Source: Hyaloraphidium curvatum SAG 235-1 (taxonomy: Eukaryota > Fungi > Monoblepharomycota). Taken from it: 64,000 nt of DNA. Positions within the stretch are counted from its first letter, which is position 1. Each line of letters begins with the position of its first letter. Where the stretch lies: the NCBI GenBank assembly GCA_025558095.1, contig JAIVFI010000002.1:744001-808000 (forward strand), written 5' to 3'. A model generated the notes under the pieces. It ran no database searches and was not told the origin of the DNA. It saw nothing but the letters and a program-made list of their open reading frames with translations. Made by a program: the position numbers and the translations under genes. Shown here one piece after another: positions 36,959 to 49,914 of this stretch.

Positions 36959-39136
36959 TCACTCTCTGCAACACCTGGAGGTCGGGCTGGGCTCCCGAAG
37001 AACGTCAGTGAGACGTTGCAATGTGCTCCGAATCGGACATACGTCAATGGATTGCCCGCAAGTTCCCTTGAGATCGACTACCACCTGTCTGAGCTCGTCC
37101 ACAAGGGTTGACACCTCGCCATTGACCTGCATGGATTCGCCTCCGGCCCTGTGTGACTCCATCCATGCTTCCGCGACGGCGCTCAAAATCGCCCCTCGGT
37201 GGCGCGTGACACTTGCGAGATGAAGGATAGATCGTCGGCTTCTGTGAGAGCAGAGCAACCAGCACCTACGCGGGATGGCATGCCTCCATTGCGCTCCGCA
37301 AGGCCTTGCACGCCGAAATCCGCAGTTCCAGTGCCACGTACGGTTTGCGAATAACTTCGCAGTAGATATCCAAGAGAGACTGGGTGATTTGGAGGCACAG
37401 TGATTGAGTCCGTCAACAGCTATCTAGCCATTGCTCAACAACGCGCACCTTGAAGTATCTGACCGTCAAGACCCCATGCATTTCGCACAACGCTCCGGAT
37501 GCTTCGAGCAGACACTGTGCCCGAGGTGAGCACCGGCTAGTTGTGTGCTCGACAGGCACCGCACCTTCACAGTCTCCCTGCTGTCTGACTTGGCGTATGT
37601 CAAGCCGCTGATTAGCCCGTCGGCAAGAACCCTTTCCAGCCTTTCATGGTACTCTTTGGTGGCCGTTGTCTCCAACCTGGGTACCAGCCTGAGAATCGTT
37701 TCCACGGCGCTTTGAACAAGCGCTGCCTGATCTTGGAACGTCAGTGCTGTCATCAGAGCCTGGCGAAGCAAATCAGCAGTCGTTCGAATACGGCGCCACA
37801 AAAGCCCACGTCGAGCATGACATCACCAAGACCTGTGCGCTTCAGCAACCCATCGGAGAGGTGCTGGAGAACATGGCTGAGCAACCGCACACCTTCGAGC
37901 TTATTGGAAGGCTCGAAATCATCCAGTACGACGAGGAGCGGGGGCAAAACGTGCGTAAGAATAGAGTCGAAGGCACCCTGACCCTGGAGCAGAGGCGGCG
38001 TTGGAATAGATCGCCTAGCACTCAGGTTCTCCTACCTCGACTCGAAAGAGACACCACTTGAGGACAGCCAAGGCGTCACATCGCTCGGTTTTCCAAGGTT
38101 GCTGGTCCAAGTCTTCCGGGCCCGGCAATGCTGTCGCCCTCTTGTCCACCGCAAAAGAATGTCTGAAGAAGGGCCTCATCTTGGAGCCAAACAGCGCGGA
38201 CGCCAGTGTTTTGACGAGCTCGGAAAGGGACGGGCATTTGCTGACATGCAGCAGCTTCCCGACGATAGCTGGAACATAGTGAGTTGAAGTGTCGCCAATT
38301 ATTGCATTGTGACAAAGCGTACCCTGGGCAGTCGCTCGAGACGCAGTGGTCGCCCATACAGACTCGCCCAACTGACTGGCGGCCGCCCAAAGGAAGAGGT
38401 CGGCGTGCGCGGGGTGTGGGGCCGCCGAATCGGGAGCGATACCGATGTTGGTTCGGATCAGCAAAGGCAAGAGCTTTTCGAGCATCCCCAGGACGCGGGC
38501 AGCCTTCTCCTTGTACGCCCCCAGTGTCCCAACTACGAGCACCCTCCGTGAGATCCAGCAACGTGGACCAAGCACGCAACGCACCATCCGAAAGCACGTC
38601 TTCCGAGACGCGAAGCCCGTTCCAAGCCCATCGAAGGAGGCGTTCCGACCCGGATCCAAATTCGGCAGACACACCAACGACAACCGCGTCCGAATCTGCC
38701 ACGAAAGCACAGTGGCTTGCCAGAATCGCGCAAGCACCGTCGAGCCACTCCAGTTCCGCCTTTGCAGAGAGATCCTTCCGTTCGGAAAGCATGGCCAGAG
38801 TCTCCAAAAGGGAGTGCGCATCGCGGTCTCCTAAACTGCCAGGGCTGCTCGGGCGGGTGATTAGGTGGGTTTGCACGCCGGCTGGACCGCCAGCGCTTGC
38901 CTCTCCCCGGCGATCTGTTGCCACATCACCACTGCGATCCTCACAAGCTGCCGTTCCGGAAGAGCTTGAGGCCGTGTCAAGAAGCTCTGAATCTCAACCT
39001 GGTGCGAATGCATCTCCGGTGAGCTTTAGCCCGCACTGGAATCCAGCAAGCAACACGCCTCCAACTCGATCGGGAGAGACGAGGCAAAGTCCGACGGCCC
39101 GACCCCAACGCGCGCATCCAGCAGATCATCTTCCAT
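36959..39136 (-). CDS. TTI2: TTT complex subunit Tti2-like HEAT protein
   Basis: PLLVVLDDFEPSNKLEGVRLL..LLKRTGLGDV; termini uncertain. Confidence 0.6.
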
Positions 39137-39221
39137 TATGCTGCTGGCTCGGTGTCCGTTTGAAACCTCTCAGTCTCCAGACGACAGACTCGTCCCGCGG
39201 CGTGGACTCCGCGGTGTCAGG

Positions 39222-40112
39222 ATGTCGCTTTTGCCTCTTGCAGACTACGGAGACGACGAGGAGGACGAGGAAGTTCCGCAGCCGAGCTCGCACGCGGTGC
39301 TGGAGCGTGTGCTGCAAGAAACGCGCCCCCCCGGGTTCTCCCCATCGACCCCGTCCCGCGATTCGAAACCCGCCCGTCCCGCCACGAACCTCGTCAAGCT
39401 CCGTAGCAACGGCGGCAGCCGTGCCGGCACACCGAGTTTTGAAAACGCCCACACACCTTCGGCGCCCTCGGAACCCTCGCCGCGCCGCGATGCCGACGAA
39501 GACGCGGATGAATCACGGATCGCTCCCGCGGACGGAACGGGACCGCCAAATCCCGTGACGAGGAGGAATGAGATCTTGGCGCCGAAGAACAAGGACCGCC
39601 TCGTGTTGCCGCCCGAACCGGAAGGCGCGGTGGACCCCCAGTTGCAGGCGAGCGGCGCGCGGGCATTCTGCGCTCGCCGGGTCACTGAAGCTCGACCATC
39701 GAATGCAGGCCAAAATGGAGAAGTGGACGCAGCTGAAGCGGGAAGGAACGTCCTTCAACAAGGCTCTGATGAACAACAAGGCCTTCCGGAATCCGTCCAT
39801 CATGAACAAGCTCATCGAGTTCTTGGACCTCGACCAGTTCGGGTCCAACTTCCCTCCAGATTCCTTTGATCCCCGTGGGTTTGGCCCTGAATCCTTCCTG
39901 GAGGAGCTTAGTGGGTGTGCTCCGCTTGCCAGCGCCGGAACGGTCGTTGATCCGAAGCAGCAAAAGCACAGAACCAGCGATCCGAGCAGCGGACACTTCC
40001 GGGAGGGGCGCCATCTGGACCATCTGGGCCTTTGTCGCGGCAAATTGCCTTCCAATCCAACGGGGAGCAGAGCACGGTCGGAAGGCAAAGCAAGTGGGAC
40101 AAGCAGGGGTGA
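39222..40112 (+). CDS. SAP30BP: HCNGP/SAP30-binding protein
   Basis: LADYG, LPPEPEG..LQAK, FRNPSIMNKLIEFLDLDQFGSNFP..FDP, SKWD. Confidence 0.88.
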
Positions 40113-40194
40113 AAAGAACCTCTTCTAGCTGGCATCGCTGTGACTCTACATTGGTGCGCGAACGGACACTCTACCGCGCGGTGGAGTTAAGGTC

Positions 40195-43100
40195 TCACTT
40201 CACCACGGCGCTGCGGAGGCTCGCCGCCTTCACGGGCCCCTTGCTTCCGACCGTCAAGGGGAGACCGCGCCACACGACCGTCAGGTCATCGGTCGTAGTA
40301 ATGTCGGGCTGAATCGTCTCGAAGACCTTCTTCTTCGGATTCAGCTGCTCCTCGGGTTCGCCTGTTTGAGTTTCGTCAACGCGGACCTTTCAAGAGCCTC
40401 GAAATCGCCTACCTTGCTGTCCGGCAACGGATACACGGTCGCCCGGTTGGCTGCCCTCGGGCGGAATGAGAAGCTCCACCTTCGTGTGATCCGCGTCGGA
40501 GGCTGCCAGCACCATCGCGGCACTCTTGATCCCCCGCATTGATGCCGGCTTCAAATTCGTCAGCAGGACGCACAGCTTGCCCTCCAGATCACTCGGTTGA
40601 AGGTACTTGACCAGGCCCGAAACCACTGTTCGCGGACCCGAACTCTCGTTCAAGTCAACGGTTTCCACGTAGAGCGTATCCGCATCCGGGTGTCGCTTTA
40701 CGTCCAGGATACGCCCGACTCTGATGTCGAGCTTCGAGAAGAGCGACACGTCTGTGGGATACGTCAGCGAATCTTTCTTGGCGTTGCGATCGAGGAACTC
40801 GCCTGGCGCGTCCGACGATACGGCGGTTGCCGGCACTTCTTGAACGGATGGCGTACCGTTCGCCGGCTTGGATGTAGGCGAGGGAGTCGGAAGGGTCTCG
40901 CTGCCGGCGCCGGCGCCGAGATCAGATCCGTAGACGGAGTCCATCTTGTACATCCGGCTCTGGCTCGGAGGCAATGGTATCTCGGTCATGACGGGTTCGA
41001 GCCGGTACATGGACCCGTGTGGCGGAAAGGGTTCCTGGTGCGGCGACGGAGTCTGCTGAGCGGGTTTCGGAGCCGGCGCAGGAGAACCAGCTGCTCCATG
41101 GGCTTTGGGCGCGACGGGTTTCGATTCGGCCCTGCTAGAGTCGGCTGCGCTCTTGCTCGCCACCGTCTTGCTGCTGCCATCCGGGATCAAGATCATGCGG
41201 ATGGGGGAACTGGGAGACGACGGATCGTGCGGTCGGTCGCAAATGTAGTAGCCCTTGCGTTCGAACTGAATGATGTCTCCATGTCGCAGTTGCGTGACGT
41301 TCCTGTCTCCGACAGCGTCGATCTCCAGACGCGGACCGTTGAGTTTGCTGGAGCATGCAGGCGCGGCATGGGCGAGTATTCACCTTGAATTCGGTCACAG
41401 GGGTGAGGAAGTTCTGGACTTCTTCGTCTTCTTCCAGCTTCTTCTTCGTGATCAAGTAGTCGTAGTCCAGCAGCTCCAAAGCGGGCAGGTCGGCCTGCAA
41501 CCCTGCAGCCGGCACGCGCGAGATCCAGGTCAGCTTCCGCTTGGTCTTTTTGAAGTCGCCCTCGAGGTTCAGCTTGACCGTTATGCACTGCACGGTCCCT
41601 TCGGGCGCGCGGATCACGTCCTGAATGATGACGTTTCCCCAGTCCATCAGGGTAACCTCTTCGCCAGGTACGCTGTCCTTGGCATCGGCCTGCTCGAGCC
41701 ACAGCTGATTTGAGCACACGGTAGTCTTGACGCCGACGTCCGGGTTCTTCTTATGCTTGGGGATTTCCTTCGTGTAGGGCTCAAGTGCCTCGCCCACGAC
41801 ATCCACGGGAACCCTGGTTACGGGCCTGTCAGTCAAGGAACCCCGGAAGGCCAGACCGGGTCCCACAAATCCTTCGACTCCAGAGCGGTGAAACGTGGAG
41901 CGACCGGATCGATGACCTTCTTGTTGGTCGCCCAGATCTTGTCCCATTCGAGATCAAGGACCTTTTGCGACGCCCCTTGCGACAGGATGTAGCTCCGAAG
42001 GGCCTCGATGGTCATGCCGCGACGGCGGATGCCCCGGATGGTCGGGAAGCGGGGGTCGTCCCAACCGCTCACGTGGCCCTCCTCGACGAACCACTTGAGC
42101 TTCCTCTTGGACAGCAACGTGTAGATGAAGTTGACTCGCGAGTAGTCGAAGATGAAGACCTTGCGAATCTTGAGGGCATCGAAGAACCAGTTGTACTGCG
42201 GGTTGCGATCCCTGTACTCGTTGGCACGCAGCGCGTGCGTGATGCCCTCCAAGGAGTCCACGACTGGTGCGGCAAAGTCGTAGGTAGGGTAGATCTTCCA
42301 CTTCGTCCCGGTAATGTGGTGCGGGACCTCCACGTTGCACCGATAGATGACCGGATCGCGCATCGCCTTGTTCGGATTGTCGACCGAGATCTTGGCCCGC
42401 AGGGCGCACGTCAGGCCCTAAGAGGGACGGTGAGTTGGCGAGCAAAGCCCCGGAACACGACCTCACAAACTCCGTTCCCTGCCGCATTTCCTCGAATCTG
42501 CTCCTGTTCTCCTCCACAGAGAGATCCCGGCACTTGCTCTTGATGCCCTCTCCGCGCTCGTACCGCATGGTCTCCATGTCAGTGTTGTCGACATACGCCA
42601 GGCCGAGGTCAATCAGCTCGATGGCCTTTTCGTAGAGGGCGTCGAAATAATCGGACGTGTGTGTCGTCTTGTCGGCAACGATGCCCATGAGCTCAAGGTC
42701 CTCCTTGATGGACTGCTCAAACTCCATCTACGTGGCGGTACCTAATGTCGGCCTGTGGGCGGGGAGCACCCAAGAAAGCCTACCTTCTCCTTGCTCGGGT
42801 TGGTATCATCGAAGCGCACGTAAAACTTCCCCTTGTAGCGCTTCGCAATGTAATCGCTGACGAGAACGGCCTTGGCATGGCCGATGTGGAGGTATCCCGA
42901 GGGCTCCGGGGCAAAGCGCGTCACCACCTTGCCCTCCTCCGCAAAGGGCACATCGATGGAATACTCCTGGGCCTCCGCCGTAGAAGGTGCCTCTTTGCTG
43001 TCCTTTTTTCCATCCTTCGCCGCGGGGGCCTCCTTTGCTTTGGCGGTCTCCGGCAGCGCCGCGGCTTGAGTGGCCGGCAGCGAGGCCACTTGCTGGTACC

Positions 43101-43533
43101 AACGCACGAGCTCTTCCAGACCACCCTTGTTGACCTTCAAGTTCTTCTGAAACACGGGACTTCCTGGCGACGCCAAAGATAGTCAGGACCAGGGGTAGCA
43201 GACACTGCGCAGGGCCCCGTCACCTCGCAGGGCAGCCCATACTGCGAAATCCGCTGCGCTGGGGCCGTATCCAACGAGATACGACCGCATTGCAAGATGC
43301 AATTCCAGCTCCGCAAATCCAGAGGCCACCTTTCGGCCGTCATCGCTGGCCAGGACGTCTTTCGCGAAAGCGATCCAGCGGTCCAAATTTGCGCCCTCCC
43401 CGGCAGGGAACACGTCCGGATGTCCCCGGAAGGCAGCGAGGTCCGTAGAAGCATCCTTTACGCCCGCATTCGGACCGTCAGCTCCCGGCGATGCCCGCAC
43501 GTGGTGGTACGCGATGCGAGCGGCGAGCTCCAT
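40195..43533 (-). CDS. GUS1: Cytosolic glutamyl-tRNA synthetase with N-terminal GST-like domain and C-terminal Arc1p/EMAP-II-like tRNA-binding domain
   Basis: [66 protein letters not shown], then in-frame [35 protein letters not shown]. Confidence 0.95.
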
Positions 43534-43638
43534 TTTGTTTGTTCTCCCCACCCTCCCGGTGGCGATCGTCCAGTCAGTCAGAAGCAGCCTGTTTTCGTCA
43601 CGGAGCGTACAATCACATTCGAAGCCGGTATAACTACA

Positions 43639-44848
43639 TCATTCGTTCGCCTTACGGCCTCGGCCCGATCCGCTGGCCGCCTCCTTCCTTCCAGGCGGCC
43701 GGGGAGGCTTCGATGCCTTCGCAGGCCCTTTCGTGCCCGGCTTGCCCTTGCCTTCCTTTCGCTTTTCGATGTTCTCGGCCTTGGTTTTGGCCGCTTGCTT
43801 AGCCAGCTTCTTTTGGCCGTCCAAACGTTCCGCCCACGCCTTTGCCGATCGCTTCTTCTCCGCAGATGCCCGCTTGAGGCTCTTTTTCAAGAGCTGGACA
43901 TCGTCCGTTAACTTCGCACCCAGGGCCTTCTTTTCCGCCCTCGCCCAAGAGAGCTTCTCGGCTGCGGCCCGGGCTTCCTCCGGATCCGATTTGGAGATCT
44001 CGGCCAGATGCTGCTTCCGTTTCTGGGCTTTGGCCAGGAGAACCTTCGCGTCCTTCTTCTTCTTCTTCGGCTGGTCGGCCATGTGCTGAGCGCCCTCGAT
44101 CTTCCCGAAACTGAAGTCGTCGACGGAACCGCCGGGCCGCGGCTTCGCGGCCTCTCTAGGTCTGTCCCGCTGGGCCAAAGATCCCGATGCGACCTTTGAG
44201 GCGCCGCTCGATTGTACCGCAGAGCCCGCGGAGCGGCTCCCGCCGGATTTCCCCTTGTCCTTCTTGCCCCGCGCCTTTTCCTTGGCGCGGCGCTCCAAAA
44301 TCTCCTCTTTGGACCTGACGAGCCCCGCAGGGGACTCTTCTCGCGCGCCTCGCTTGCTCCGCAGCTCGCTGATCTTTTGCTGAAGCCGAGCGTGGAGCTC
44401 TGATGCCGTCGCCGGCCGGGCACCATTCAGCGGGACAACAGACGAGCTCAGCCCCGGTACTGCGGAGGCAGCATCGTGAGCTACGTCCGCACCGGCGGGC
44501 TTGGCAAGTCCGTTATTGAGCGCTGGAGGCGGGGCATCGGGATCCAGCTGAACCTGGCGGTGAGAAACCACGTCGCCACTGGTGGCATTCCGAGTCCCAC
44601 CTTGGCTCTCTTGGCTAATTTTGCCAAATCTTTCTTGCTCTGTGCGCGCTTGCGCTTGTTCTTGCCGTACTTTCCTCCCCCGGCGTCCCCATCGCCGTCG
44701 ACGCTGAGGTAGTGCTTCGAGGGGATCATCTCCACGAGCGCGGAGAACGCCGCTTCGTGGGCGAGCAGCCGAGACTGTCAACATCACTGTAGTGAGAACA
44801 GGCCACCGGAGCCTTGTCCCGGCCGCCGCAGACCTTGAGTTCCGCCAT
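43639..44848 (-). CDS. RRP14: Ribosome biogenesis protein Rrp14/SURF6
   Basis: LKSRLLAHEAAFSALVEMIPSKHY, LHARLQQKISELR, FSFGK, W..A..GAKLTDDVQLLKKSLKR..KKRS..W.ER. Confidence 0.9.
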
Positions 44849-44887
44849 GTTTTCAGTTGTTTGCGATGCGGCCGATCATTCATCGCC

Positions 44888-45757
44888 ATGGAATCCCCAA
44901 CGCCCGAGAGCCGGAAGCGGCGTCAGAGCACGCCGCCGGACTCCGAAAGCGACGATGACGGCAAGAAGCGTCGCGGTCACGTCGCGGACCCGATCGGAGC
45001 CCAGAAGCGGCAGTTGGAGAAGCTCGTGGGTCCCGCGTCTCTTTGGCGTCCTCCAAAGCTCATGGAACCCAGTTCGAGCGGATAGACAAACCGATACAGC
45101 TGCCCGAGTCCAGCAAGCAATCGGGACTGATGCTGAAGCCGCCGCCGGACTTTGTGCGCAATGTCTCGGGTTCCAGCGCGGGGGCGGGCAGCGGCGAGTT
45201 CCACGTGTACCGAGCGCTCCGGCGGAAGGAACAGACGCGGGTCAAGATGATGGAGGAGGAATCTAGCAAGGTCAGACAGTGCTGCTTCGGCAAGGTTGGC
45301 AGCGGCTCATGAGCAACTCTAGGAAATCGCGCAGCAGGAGTTTGACCTCAAGATGGCGAAGCTGAGGGAGGAACAGGAGGCACGAACAGCGAAGAAGAGA
45401 GCGAAGCGGCAAAAGAAGAAGGGAAAGACGGGGAAGAAGGCCGGCGCCGCCGGGGATTCTGCTCGAGAGGAGGCTGGGGCAGAGGCGTCGGCCTCGGAGG
45501 GCGAGTCGGAGCGATCGGCACCATTCGCGCCCCCTGAAGGCGAAGAGGAGGGACTTGTGAGCGCCGATGAAGCCCCGGGAAGCGCCGAGCACGTTGTTGG
45601 ACGGGATGATGACGATCGGGACGAAGTGCGACACGGGCCAACGGCTGCCGTTGGTGCTGGGGGGGATGAACCGGTACCGAGTACCGTGGCGACAGATGGG
45701 TCGTCCGTGAAGAAACGGTTGCCGAATGTAACGATCGTAGAGGACTTCGATTTCTGA
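44888..45757 (+). CDS. PRKRIP1: PRKRIP1/DUF1168 splicing factor
   Basis: PPPDFVRNVSGSSAGAGSGEFHVYRALRRKE, RTAKKRAKRQKKK. Confidence 0.93.
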
Positions 45758-45891
45758 TGCAGTGTTCGCCACCTGGATCGACCAGAGCGACGCGTGCATG
45801 ATCGACCTGGAAAGAACTCCGTTCCCACCGCACACCTGCTAGGCCGCGCATCGTGCCCTCGCATAACTCCAGACGCGCACTTTCGGACAAC

Positions 45892-47466
45892 ATGTCCCAT
45901 GGTGTGGCAGCAAACGGGGCGGCGCAAGCCTCTTCGGCCGCCAACGGCTCCCACGGAGCCTTTCGATTCGGGACACTGGCCGTCCATGCCGGTCAAGAGC
46001 CGGACGAGGTGACGGGGGCGGTAATCCCGTCCATAAGCTTGTCGACTACATTCAAGCAGGAAGCTCCGGGCGTCCACAAGGTGATGTGAGATGTGCGTGC
46101 TTCCTGCTCGTGTTGAGGCTGAACGGGGGCGCGGACGGCCGGTCTACCCAGGGGTATGAGTACTCTCGCTCGGGAAATCCGACTCGGGAACGTTTCGAGC
46201 AGGCGGTCGCTGCACTGGAGGGCGGAAAGCACGGTTCGCGGGCGGCTCGAGCGCACCTCGAGCGCTTCTGAAACTGCGTTGCACCAGCATTGGCGTTCGC
46301 CTCCGGATCCGTTACCACTGCGACCCTCGTCAACCTGATCAGCGCGGGAGGACACGTGTGCGTCGTCAACGACGTGTATGGGGGCACTTTCCGCTACTTC
46401 ACAAAGGTCGCGGTCAACAACGGCGTCGAGAACACCTTTGTCGACCTCAGCAATCCCGAGAACTTGCGAGCGGCCATGAAGCCCAACACCAAGATGGTGT
46501 GGATCGAAACTCCGAGTGCGTCTTGCTGTGCCGCGGCCTCCGAGAGCGGGCTGACGTCACCCCGGGCAGCCAACCCCACCCTCCGGCTCGTAGACATCCG
46601 CGCCACGGTCGCCGTGGCAAAGTCCGTCAACCCGGACGTGATCTTCGTCGTGGACAACACGTTCATGAGTCCCTACAACCAGCAGCCCCTCAAGCTCGGC
46701 GCGGACATCGTGGTCCATTCGGTGACCAAGTACCTCGGCGGACACTCTGATGTGGTCATGGGCGTTGCTGTCACGAACGAGGACGCATTGTGCGAGCGAC
46801 TCAAGTTCCTTCAGGTGCGCATTCGGGGACCGCGACCGCCAATCACGTCGTCTGAAGCATGTTGCTAGAACGCCATCGGCGGAATCCCGAGCCCGTTCGA
46901 CTGCTGGCTGGCCAACAGGGGACTCAAGACCCTGCATCTGCGCATGAAGGTCGGTCCGATCTCTAGTCATCCTCGAAGGCAATGCCGATGCCTCCGCAAC
47001 CAGGCGCACGAAGCGAACGCCGCGGCCATTGCTTCCTTCCTCAGCCAACACGCCAAGGTCACCGAGGTGCTGTGGCCCGGCCTCAAGAGCCACCCGCAGC
47101 ACGAGCTCGCGAAAGCTCAACAACGAGGCTTCGGCGGGATGCTGAGCTTCCGCATCAAGGGAGGCGCGGAGGAGGCGCGCACGTTCCTGAGCAGCCTGTC
47201 CATTTTCGCCCTGGCGGAAAGCCTGGGAGGTGTCGAGGTTGGGCGGGCCGCCGAGCCGGACGATCCTCAGCTGACAAAACTGGCCATTCCGATCCCAGTC
47301 GCTTGCCGAGCTGCCATCGGTTATGACCCATGCTTCCGTCTCCCCCGAGGCACGAGCCGCCTTGGGGATCACCGATTCCCTGATCCGTCTGTCCATCGGC
47401 GTGGAAGACGCGGAGGATCTCATCGCCGATCTCGCCCAGGCTATCGACGAGGCCGTGAAGGCATGA
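45892..47466 (+). CDS. CYS3: Cystathionine gamma-lyase (PLP-dependent)
   Basis: FGTLAVHAGQ, ISLSTTF, YEYSRSGNPTR, DVYGGT, VDNTF, HSVTKYLGGHSD, LAESLGG, IRLSIGVED. Confidence 0.93.
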
Positions 47467-47505
47467 GCGGGGCAGATGAGAAGGCATGAAAATAGAAGCT
47501 CGACG

Positions 47506-48610
47506 TCAGAGGATGATCGCGACCACGATTATCGCGATGATGGCCAGGACGAGGAGCAAACAGCACATCTGAAGTAGGCCGATCGGTCACCGGTGCGGCA
47601 GTTCCCACCGGCAGACCACCTACCCGGTTGCGTGACATTTTCTGATACTTGCTCGCCGTGCGAAGCTCGTCCGTCGCATTCTCCATGTTCACCGCAACGC
47701 TGCTCACGTTGGCCTCGATGTTGTCCAGCATGTACTGCTGCTCGTTGACCATTGTCCCCAGGTCGCGGAAGATCTCGTTGACCTCCACGATCGACTTTTC
47801 AATCTCCTTGATGTCGCGCTCCCGCTCGGCAATCAGCGACTCGTTGTACTCTATCTCGTAATCTAGACCCTGAATCTGCAGCACACTGCCGACTCCAGGG
47901 TCAGGTCGGCAGGGCCCCGAGGACCGGGGGACCCACCGCTGCGTGTTTGAAATAAGGGGTTCGTCCTCGCCGCCGTGATCCTCGACCCTGCCATCCGGGA
48001 GTAAGCGAGGTCGATTGCGGGAACTGGGGTTCTCCCACGTGGAGCCACGCTGGCTCGCCCGGGCCTTCTCGACGTATGTTCGTGACTTGTCCGCCACCGA
48101 CTTCGACACGCTTTGATACCGCTTGAGCACATCTTCAAAATCCTTTTGGAGCTTCTGGTGGGTGATCTTCCTCTGCCGCTGGAGCTGCGTGTCACGCCGG
48201 CCGTGGCGTACAGCAACGGGCCGACGCCTACGGAATCGGTGCCCGAGGACGCCGCAACAGTCCCCAGATCCTTTAAATCGCCGCTCGTGGCCTTCACGAG
48301 ATCCCGCGTCTGCTCGGTGAGGTTGTGCCTGGGTGCGAGAGCATGATGGTCCACGAACGCTGCCGCGACGGGAGCACCCACAGCTTCTGCCGGACGTCGT
48401 CGGTCTCTCTCGGAGTCCCAACAAGACTGAGAAGCTTCTGAATGGACGCGACGTTGCTGCTGATTTGAAGGAGGGAGCGCGAGGCGCGTTCTGTGCTCGC
48501 GCGGAAGTCGGGCTCGGCACCCTCTGTGCGGCGAACGACACGGTTCAAGATTCTGCAGAAGACACAAGGACGGGCCAAATGATTCCACCTTGCGCCGTGG
48601 AAGAGGCCAT
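47506..48610 (-). CDS. PEP12: Endosomal/vacuolar Qa-SNARE (Pep12/syntaxin-7/12)
   Basis: VGTPRET, KLQKDF, LIAERERDIKEIEKSIVEVNEIFRDLGTMVNEQQ..DNIEAN, C-terminal TM. Confidence 0.85.
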
Positions 48611-48714
48611 GGCGGGGAGAAGGAAGATGGGAATGTCCGCGTGGCCACGCAATATCGGTAGTCACGCCTGGGCCGCCCCTTCATCCCCCCGCGGGCGTCT
48701 CCTTCGGAAGCCAA

Positions 48715-49849
48715 TCAAGTGATTCTTATAAACGTATAAGTCCCTGCAAAAACTATCGAGACAAAGATGATCACAAGCCACGAGTACAGCGTGGTCCAGC
48801 GTGTCGAAGAGTTGAGCGCCTTCAGCCTCGATCCCTCTTGCTGCGTCTTGCTCAGGTTTGCCGTCAGCAGCGTGTCGGCCTCCTCGATGACCTTGCAGCA
48901 CGCGTTCGTTACCGGGTCTGGTACAGTCCGCCCGGACATCCCACCTTCCGATCTCGCTCCATAAGCTGGCCAAAGTTGAGGGCATTCGTCTTCAGCGCTT
49001 GCGCCATGCTGACGAGATCGTTGGCGAGCGCATCTTGCGTTTGGCGGTGATGTGCAAGGATGGCTTCTCGGCTGGCTTCGGTGCCCGTCACCGATTGCCT
49101 GCAGCCCTAGTCAGCAAGCGTGCCGGCTGGACTGCGAACCTACCGACCGTTGGTCCCCCGAGGATTCGCCAAGCAACTCTAAGGCATGTCACTGGCATGG
49201 AGATGCGCTAAAGTCCTTCGCGACCAACCTCGCCTTGCCTCGGCGGCAGACAATCGCACGTTGCGAAGCGCAGGTTTCGGCTGGTCCCGGCGCTCTTTCC
49301 CGCCGTCCGCCGATGCAAGAGACTGTGCAGGATGCCCCAGACTCGCTAGCTTCCTCTTCCTATCAACGTCGTGGCGGCGCCGGACTTCAGGCGTTTCCGG
49401 GACCCAGATCTTGTCCGGCGAGTTCAGCGCGGGCCGCCGTAGCAAACGAGTCTCGGCGTACCGCTTTCCTCGATTCCAACACACTCTCGACTCTGCTCAT
49501 CTTCCACGGTGGTTAAGGAGGGAAGGGACCCAGCTGGCAGCGAAACCAACTTCCTCGACGTAGGTCTGAAGTAGAGGCGGTCTCGGTTCTCTGCACCGGC
49601 GGCAAATGAGGGGACACCCAGACGACCCAAGATTAGCCATACGTGTTCTCTAGCTCCTTTATGAGCTTTCGCACGTGGTCGAGAAACTGACGACGGTCCC
49701 CGTTGGCCAGCAATCGGGGGGAGACGAAGCCGCAGACAGACCGCCTGGTACTTTGCCAGCTCGAAACCATCAAGTGGAGTACGTTCCGAAGCTTCCAATG
49801 TCTCAAACCGGGAAAGGAGCCGCCTCAGGTCCACCTCTTCGGCGCGCAT
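48715..49849 (-). CDS. USE1: ER SNARE Use1
   Basis: EVDLRRLLSRFE, HHRQTQDALANDLVSMAQALKTN, C-terminal TM ending FIRIT. Confidence 0.85.
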
Positions 49850-49914
49850 GGCTCCGTGCAGTTTGCGTGTCAGCGTGATCGCGATGCCACGCGCGCCGGC
49901 CCGATCGTGTCCGC

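Noticed and set aside
40390-41196. Stand-alone ARC1 gene starting MILIPDG
   Set aside because: That Met is internal to the conserved GluRS C-terminal motif and is in frame with the upstream IQFERKGYY
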